From NCBI RefSeq assembly GCF_009914755.1, contig NC_060925.1: a DNA stretch of 64,000 bases. The stretch is one strand, 5' to 3'. Shown piece after piece: positions 55,183 to 64,000 of this stretch. Within the stretch, counting starts at the first letter, position 1. Every line of letters starts with the position of its first letter. Both the position numbers and the translations under genes were made by a program. The stretch is from the human T2T-CHM13v2.0 reference genome, Homo sapiens. The notes beneath the pieces were generated by a model. The model made no database searches. It was not told where the DNA came from and worked only from the letters and a program-made list of their open reading frames with translations.

Positions 55183-56626
55183 CTAAAGAAAAGAAGAAAG
55201 GGCATTCAGCAAGATAAAACACTCTAGATTTCCCCATAGCTCTTCAAGTGTAATGGCTCAGAGACCTAGCATTATCTGAAAATGACAAGGCATGGGATTA
55301 TAAGACACAGAGAAAGTTAAGCAAGTACTGAATTCAAAGTTAATTTGCAGGTGTACATCACACTACTTGTTCATCGTCCTAGCTGATGAATTCTATCAGT
55401 TACTGAGCATAGTGGTTAGGACTAGAAGGAGGCCCGTCTCCTTTACCCTCTCTTATACATGCTCCCCTATCCACCCACAGGCACCCAGCGCCTTTACGCT
55501 ACCAGCTGTGACACCTTACTCAGAAAGGCCGTCCCTTAACAGTGCCTCTTGTGTTCAAAGTATCTCCTTCCAGTTTCCCAACAAAACAATTTCTCTGTGA
55601 CTCGGTATCAGCTTTCAATACAATATGCATCAACACAACATGCCAATTTATGCAAATGAAGATAATAATTGCTAACACTTACAAAGCAGGATAATGTTCA
55701 TCTAAGCACTTTACAGATTTCATTGAGACCTCACAAAAACCCTCGAGGAGAGTATAATTATCCTCATTTTACAGATGAGGAGACTGAGGCACAGAAAGAT
55801 GAATTAATTGCCTAGATCATATAGCTAGTGAGTGGCACAGCCCAGGTGTGAAATGTAGTCTGACCTCAGAGCTTGCCTCTAACCATGATGCTATATTGTC
55901 TTACATACTAGTTTTACGGGTTTGCCCTTCTAAACATACTGGATTTTAAATGGTGTCATATCTGAGAGGTACTATCCTACCACAAGGAATGAATATCTAA
56001 TGGTGGAACTTAAGGTGTATAGAGGGAGCTGGGCTGAACGGCCTTCTCAGAGTTCCATAAGTCATGCTAGGCATGCAGTGTCTTCATTTCCAGCACATAA
56101 AATTGGCTCTTGGGGGACACAATGATTACAAAATTATAGAAATCTTCATGAGGAAATGAACTTCAGAAATAATCTAATCAAATAATAAATAATCAAGCCT
56201 TAGAAAGGGGAAATAAAAGGGCAAAGTGAAGTGAGTGAAAAGGCCAAGTTCCCTGACTCTCCTCCTATAAGGCACAAAGCTCTCCTGCCAATAGCACATT
56301 TATAGGGCAACATTACATTGGTGATTTGGAGGCAGCTGATTTGGGGGGTGAGGAGGAACCATCACAGCTTTAGACAGTGGGATTATTCAGTAAGAGACTA
56401 AATAGTTGATATGGGGAACTAAGCAGAACTAAAAAAGGATCAATCTGCTCTCAAAGGTAACAATCAATTAATAGGTGGTAGATGACTCTTTTGAGATTGG
56501 CTTACTAGATCATAAACCTCAGGAACTGAGAAAAGAGAAAAGAATTCAAGGCTTAGCCTCTACAAGAGTTCAAGCAAAACTATTCACAGTGAGGATACCA
56601 CGAAGTCCATTCGAAGCTGCATTTTA

Positions 56627-56960
<334 letters not shown>

Positions 56961-57064
56961 GAATATGGAACAGTAACTGACATTTCCAATAGTAACATAG
57001 AGATTTGGTCAAAATCTAAATTAAATTTTGAAAAAAGAGCATGTTTCAAGAATCAAGGTTTTTT

Positions 57065-59233
57065 GAAAATTTTTTCTTTTTTTTTTTTTCGATTATACTT
57101 TAAGTTCTAGGGTACATGTGCACAATGTGCAGGTTTGTTACATAGGTATACATGTGCCATGCAGGTTTGCTGCACCCATTAACTCATTATTTACATTAGG
57201 TATTTCTCCTAATGTTATCCCTCCCCCTGCCCCCCACCCCACAACAGGCCCCAGTGTGTGATGTTCCCCACCCTGTGTGCAAGTGTTCTCATTGTTCAAT
57301 TCCCACCTATGAGTGAGAACATGCAGTGTTTGGTTTTCTGTCCTTGTGATAGTTTGCTCAGAATGACAGTTTCCAGCTTCATCCATGTCCCTGCAAAGGA
57401 CATGAACTCATCCTTTTTTATGGCTGCATAGTATTCCATGGTGTATATGTGCCACATTTTCTTAATCCAGTCTATCATTGGTGGACATTTGGGTGGGTTC
57501 CAAGTCTTTGCTATTGTGAATAGTGCCACAATAAACATATGTGTGCATGTGTCTTTACAGTAACATGATTTATAATCCTTTGGGTATATACCCGGTAATG
57601 GGATGGCTGGGTCAAATGGTATTCCTAGTTCTAGATCCTTGAGGAATCACCACAGTCTTCCATAATGGTTGAACTAGTTTACACTCCCACCAACAGTGTA
57701 AAAGCATCCCTATTTCTCCACATCCTCTCCAGCATCTGTTATTTCCTGACTTTTTAGTGATCGCCATTCTAACTGGTATGAGGTGGTATCTCATTGTGGT
57801 TGTGATTTGTGTTTCTCTGATGACCAGTGATGATGAGCATTTTTTCATGTGTCTGTTGGCTGCATAAATGTCTTCTCTTGAGAAGTGTCTGTTCATGTCC
57901 TTTGCCCACTTTTTGATGGGGTTGTTTTTTTTCTTGTAAATTTATTTAAGTTCTTTGTAGATTCTGGATATTAGCCCTTTGCCAGATGGGTAGATTGCAA
58001 AAATTTTCTCCCATTCTGTAGGTTGCCTGTTCACTCTGATGGTAGTTTCTTTTCCTGTGCAGAAGCTCTTTAGTTTAATTAGGTCCCATTTGTCTATTTT
58101 GGCTTTTGTTGCCATTGCTTTTGGTGTTTCAGTCATGAAGTCTTTGTCCTGAATAGTATTGCCTAGGTTTTCTTCCAGGGTTTTTATGGTTTTAGGTCGA
58201 ACATTTAAGTCTTTAATCCATCTTGAATTAATTTTTCTATAAGGTGTAAGGAAGGGATCCAGTTTCAGCTTTCTACATATGGCTAGCCAGTTTTCCCAGC
58301 ACCATTTATTAAATAGGGAATCTTTTCCCCATTTCTTGTTTTTGTCAGGTTTGTCAAAGATCAGATGGTTGTAGATGTGTGGTGTTAGTTCTGAGGCCTC
58401 TGTTCTGTTCCATTGATCTGTATCTCTGTTTTGGTACCAGTACCATGCTGTTTTGATTACTGTACCCTTGTAGTATAGTTTGAAGTCAGGTAGCGTGACG
58501 CCTCCAGCTTTGTTCTTTTTGCTTAGGATTGTCTTGGCAATGTGGGCTCGTTTTTGGTTCCATATGAACTTTAAAGTAGTTTTTTTCCAATTCTGTGAAG
58601 AAAGTTATTGGTAGCTTGATGGAGATGGCATTGAATCTATAAATTACCTTGGGCAGTAGGCCATTTTCATGATATTCTTTCTTTCTATCTGTGAGCATGG
58701 AATGTTCTTCCATTTGTTTGTGTCCTCTTTTATTTCACTGAGCAGTGGTTTGTAGTTCTCCTTAAAGAGGTCCTTCACATCCCTTGTAAGTTGGATTCCT
58801 AGGTATTTTATTCTCTTTGTAGCAATTGTGAATGGGAGTTCACTCACGATTTGGCTCTCTGTTTGTCTGTTATTGGTGTATAGGAATGCTTGTGATTTTT
58901 GCACATTGATTTTGTATCCTGAGACTTTGCTGAAGTTGCTTATCAGCTTAAGGAGATTTGGGGCTGAGACAATGGGGTTTTCTAAATATACAATCATGTC
59001 ATCTGCAAACAGGGACAATTTGACTTCCTCTTTTCCTAATTGAATACCTTTTATTTCTTTCTTTTGCCTGATTGCCCTGGGCAGAACTTCCAACACTATG
59101 TTGAATGGGAGTGGTGAGAGAGGGCATCCCTGTCTTGTGCCCGTTTTCAAAGGGAATGCTTCCAGTTTTTGCCCATTCAGTATGATATTGGCTGTGGGTT
59201 TGTCATAAATAGCTCTTATTATTTTGAGATATG
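57065..59233 (-). mobile_element. 5'-truncated L1PA (~2.2 kb) in intron 5
   Basis: RT motif [10 protein letters not shown] in ORF 58644..59150; 3'UTR; TSD AAGAATCAAG(G)TTTTT at ~57048-57063 and 59234-59248. Confidence 0.92.
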
Positions 59234-62200
59234 AAGAATCAAGTTTTTAAATCGAAGTATTTTTTCCTCATTATTTTTCTTGGCTTGGCAAGTGATTTAA
59301 TGTTTAATCTTAGAGGTTTGAAAAACAAAAATTAAAGTCTTGCTATAAAATTGACAATACCATTGGCAGCGTTCTCTCCACAAGGGGATTGTGATATGGG
59401 GCTTAGTACACTGGGAGGGACTTTACCAACTGAGATGGAAACTGTAATTATTACATTGGGATTCAAGATTGACTCATGTGCTCTTATTTTTAACAGCTGT
59501 TTTCATTTTCAACCTAAGAAAACAAAGAGATGGAAGAAAATATGGTACTGTGTCTGGATGCAGTGAGTATGGCCAGATCTGCAAGCCAGGGAATGAAGTT
59601 TTAAATTCTTCACATCCTTATAAGAAGCATAAATTTACATATTTCCTCCTCTACTGACCTCAGTAACTGCAGGAGACACTTGAAATCTTGTCCATTACCT
59701 TCTGTATCTATATCAAAGCAAACAATGACACTCCCACTGATGGCTGTGTTTCAAAGATCTTTGGAAAAAGTAACTGAAGAAATGGGATTTGGAGATGTGG
59801 ATGTCAGACAGAAGTCAAAGAAGGAACCAGAAGGAGAGCTCCAATGTAATAGTGGTGGAAGTGAAGCATCTTAATACAGAAGAGAAGAAAAGTATTAATA
59901 ATCAAATGAGCCACAAGAGAAATTATAGTCATCCAACAACGAAGCCTCAGAGAATGAGGGCCTGGATCTGAATTCTGGACTCTACCATTCAGGCAGACTT
60001 AAACTAGATTTTAAATACTTCCTTTCCATAAAGGAAAAAAGATCTAATCTACTGATTCATCATTGTATTTTCAGCTAATAAACTGTTAAATTAATATATG
60101 TAAAACTTTTAGAACAAATCTGCTACATTGTAAGTTGCTTTATATACATTTGTTCTTAAGATTATAAGCACAGGTCAATAGCAACTGACAGATCATTAAG
60201 CAAATAAACGACAAAGGTTTGCTTTGTAAAAGATAACACTGTGCTGCAATGGTAATATAAAAGCTTCATTTATTCTAAGTTGTTTGAGAAGGCATTGCTG
60301 AGCTCAGTCAGAATGTACAGGTGTTCAAGAGAAACCAGATTAGCAGTTATTTTATGAACTTCCTGCCACAGATCTCATGGGAACAAATTCCAGGTTCACA
60401 ATCACCTACTCTCCTGCCAATAAGCAAATTGAGAGTTTCGTTCTGTGGCCCTCAGAATCAAAATGGTTTTTGGCTTTTAAGCAGTCTCCTGGCAAGCCAA
60501 CTTAGAAACAAATGGCAGCTATCAGCCCAAACTCTACTCTTCCAGCGTGCTATAATTATGAGAAGGCCTAGGGAGACAGAGTGCTGGGGAGTAACTTAGA
60601 CATCACTACATTCAGCTCTCTCATTTAATGGATGAGGAAACTGGAACAAGAAATGGTTAATTTCCTAGCTGAAGGTCACACAGCTGGTCAGTAGCAGAGC
60701 CAAAAGTTGAAAAAGTGGCTCTGGCATGTTGTAAGTGGCCCTGGCATTCATGCTAACTTAAATAATAGACTATGAGAGTTGGAAGTGATCTTAAAGGTCA
60801 CCTACCCCAAGCTCTCATTCAATGTTGGGATCCTTCAGAATCCCAGACAGACACTGGTTTGGCCCCGGCTTGATTATTTCCAGTGACAGGAAGCTCACAA
60901 TTTAATGAAAATAGTTCTTTCCATCACTGAACTGCTCCAAATTTTCCTTCTATTGAGCCAAAGTCTGTTTCCATGGACTCTCTCTCCCATTAATCTCATT
61001 TCTCCCTTTCAGAACAAAATAGACAAGTTTACTCTTCTTCCATATGGTAACCCGAGAAAAAAACAGTAATCAGCTGAATATCCTTATTTCTCTTCAACTG
61101 TTCTTTAAACAGCGTATCTTTTGAATCTTTTTAATTTGACCTTCCCTTTTCCTTCTTTCCCTCAGTGATCCATTCAAATTTATCTATATCTTCCTTAAAC
61201 TTGACCTCTACAACTGAATACAATAGACTAGGTATTGTCCGACTGGTGCAAATTATACCAAGTCAAAGGATACTTTCTTTTTCTGATCTCTAACCTCTTT
61301 TTTAATACAACCACGTCACACTGTTGACTCCTGTCTTTCTAGAGTTATAAATCCTTATACCTTTTTCATATAAAACTCTTGCCAATATAAGCCTCTCCTA
61401 GCCTGTTTTTCTGCTTTTGACTTCGAAGGACAGATTTTTAACATTATCTCTATTACATTACAACTTACTGTGCTCAGCCCAGAGCCCCGAACCTGCTGAA
61501 ATCATTTAAAAACTGTGATTCTGTCCCCTGAGTCTCTTATACCACAGTATCATCTGAAAACCTGGTAAGTTTGCCTTCTATGTTTCTGGCCAACTCATCG
61601 ATACAAAAACATTCACCAGATCAGGAGTGAGGAAAGAGCCCTGAGAAACGATAAGCATTTGGGGAGATAGAGGGGAGACACATTTTGGCCATTCATTCAA
61701 CAATCACATCCTCACGACCAAGAACTGTGTAGGAATGCACTATTCTCTTTAGTCTCTCTCTACTTCCTCATTCATGCAGCTGCATGGAAAACTCATATTT
61801 GGTAGACATGATTAAGGATTCTGCAAGGAAAGGAAAACTTCTCTAGGCCTCTTGGGGACAGTTATTCATGGGGCCAGCCAGAGAGGAGCTGCTTTTATTT
61901 TTTTCCACTTATACAGATTTATAACACATCTGAATCAACTGAAACACCAAAGCTCCAAGGCCTGTGGAGTCATTCTAGATTCTGCCTCTGGCTGTGGTGT
62001 TGGGACTCCCTGACTCAGGCTGGGTTTGGAAGCTGCCTTGTTATTTTATTTCATCAGTAAACTGTGCCAAGCCCTGTTAGCTGATCTGCCGGGTGATTTG
62101 TGAAAGTTATGTAACAGCATTACTCACTATGCTGCTACGGGGCTCATCTCACTGAGTTACACTTCTAAACTGTCTTTTGCTTCAGGTCAGATGTCATCTT

Positions 62201-62622
62201 TCCTATGGGAGATGCAGTGAGGCTGTGTGCCCCAGTTTCTTTCTAGAACAAAGAAGGGGAACAGGGGAAGGTAATCAACACTTACTGAGTCCCTACCATG
62301 GAGTATGGACCATGAGAGATGCTTACACACACACAGTCTCTATAATCCTTCCAACAATCCCATCAGGCAGGAATTAATATCCCCACTTTACAGAAGACAA
62401 GAAAATGGAGTTTTGGGAAGGCTAAATAGTTTCTTTAAGCTAGCATGTGGTCAAGCAATGGCCACTTACCTCTAAAGTCCTGTTATAACAGTTTATCATG
62501 TAATTTTTAAAAACTTTTTATTTTGAGATAATTTTAGATTATCTCAAATAAGATCTCAAATTTGAGATTATCTCAAATTATTAGTTCTTATTTCTCACAT
62601 GCTGTTATAAGAAATAATATAG

Positions 62623-63118
<496 letters not shown>

Positions 63119-64000
63119 TGTTCCATTTAATTTTAAGGTTATTTTAAAAGAGACTTTTCTTCTCAAAGTTTAGAATAATATAATTCTAGAGTTTGATCAT
63201 AGATTAGAGATCACTTAGTCCAAATCTTTCATTTTACAATTGAACAGACTGAGGGCCACATAGGGTGTGATATGGCATTACTAAAAATAAAGCAAAACAA
63301 AACTTCCCTGGAATTAACAATGAATGGTGCTCATTCTAATGAAATGGTAATAAAAGTTTTAATTTTTATTTTAAAACACATTTATACATGACCAACCTAA
63401 GCAAATGCTTATCACCATATCATAAATGATAATTCTTACGGGAACCAGCCCCATTACTTAGAAGAAATCAGTAAATTATCAGAGCTCCCTCAATTATATT
63501 TTATAAACTATAATACCAAAATATTAATCTACTGACCAAATCATATCTGTATTAGTGGACACAGCCCTATCAGAAGGAGAGGAGGAATATGTCAAGAATA
63601 CATGTATACCCCATGGAGATCCAGGGACCCAAGGATGAGTTACAGTGGTGTTGGTCTAGTTGAAAGTATAAAAATATAAGAACTCACCCTGAGAATATAA
63701 AACACTTCTCAAACAAATGGAAGAATGGTGTTTCTAGTAAAGACATTGTTCTGAGATAAATTTTTGGCTGCAGAGAAAAATACTGCCTACCTTGTCCAGC
63801 TAAAGGCAGTCCATCTCTTGAATTCTTGACTTGTCAATAAATATTAAAAGACTATTTGTCAACAGCGAAAAGGAAGTGGTGACTACTAGAACAAGTGAAG
63901 ACAGACTAACCTCATTTCCTTCAGATAGACATACTAGATTGGTAGATTAGAAGGCTGTCGGAGACATCCTGTACCTAGGCAACTATAACATCTTGCATGA

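Noticed and set aside
58644-59150. Reverse-transcriptase ORF that might suggest a novel retro-system
   Set aside because: Ordinary frameshifted L1 ORF2 fragment within a truncated L1PA

Overview
Primate (very likely human) genomic DNA containing the 3' two-thirds of NIBAN1 (FAM129A/C1orf24) on the minus strand. Nine coding exons (exons 6-14 by recalled numbering) with canonical GT-AG junctions splice in frame to the C-terminus ...ESFPELPSEE*. A ~3.9 kb 3'UTR ends near 14227, followed by ~14 kb of downstream intergenic DNA. The non-coding DNA is repeat-rich. It holds ~19 Alus, several L1s, a MER11 solo LTR, a ~7.7 kb degenerate two-LTR MER57-type ERV1 provirus antisense in intron 9, THE1/MST/MLT LTRs, MADE1/MER5/MER58 DNA-transposon relics, an HMGN2 processed pseudogene and a U7 snRNA retrocopy. 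I find no new gene system. The most interesting signals are fine-scale: templated inverted patchwork insertions at an L1 5' junction and inside an old L1; an L1 that duplicated the ERV polypurine tract; lopsided loss of promoter motifs in the 5' LTR versus the 3' LTR; a self-corrected MADE1 hairpin; a 3'UTR inverted Alu pair; and candidate ATF4 (CARE) sites. Gene and repeat identities come from recall of reference sequences, not a database search.
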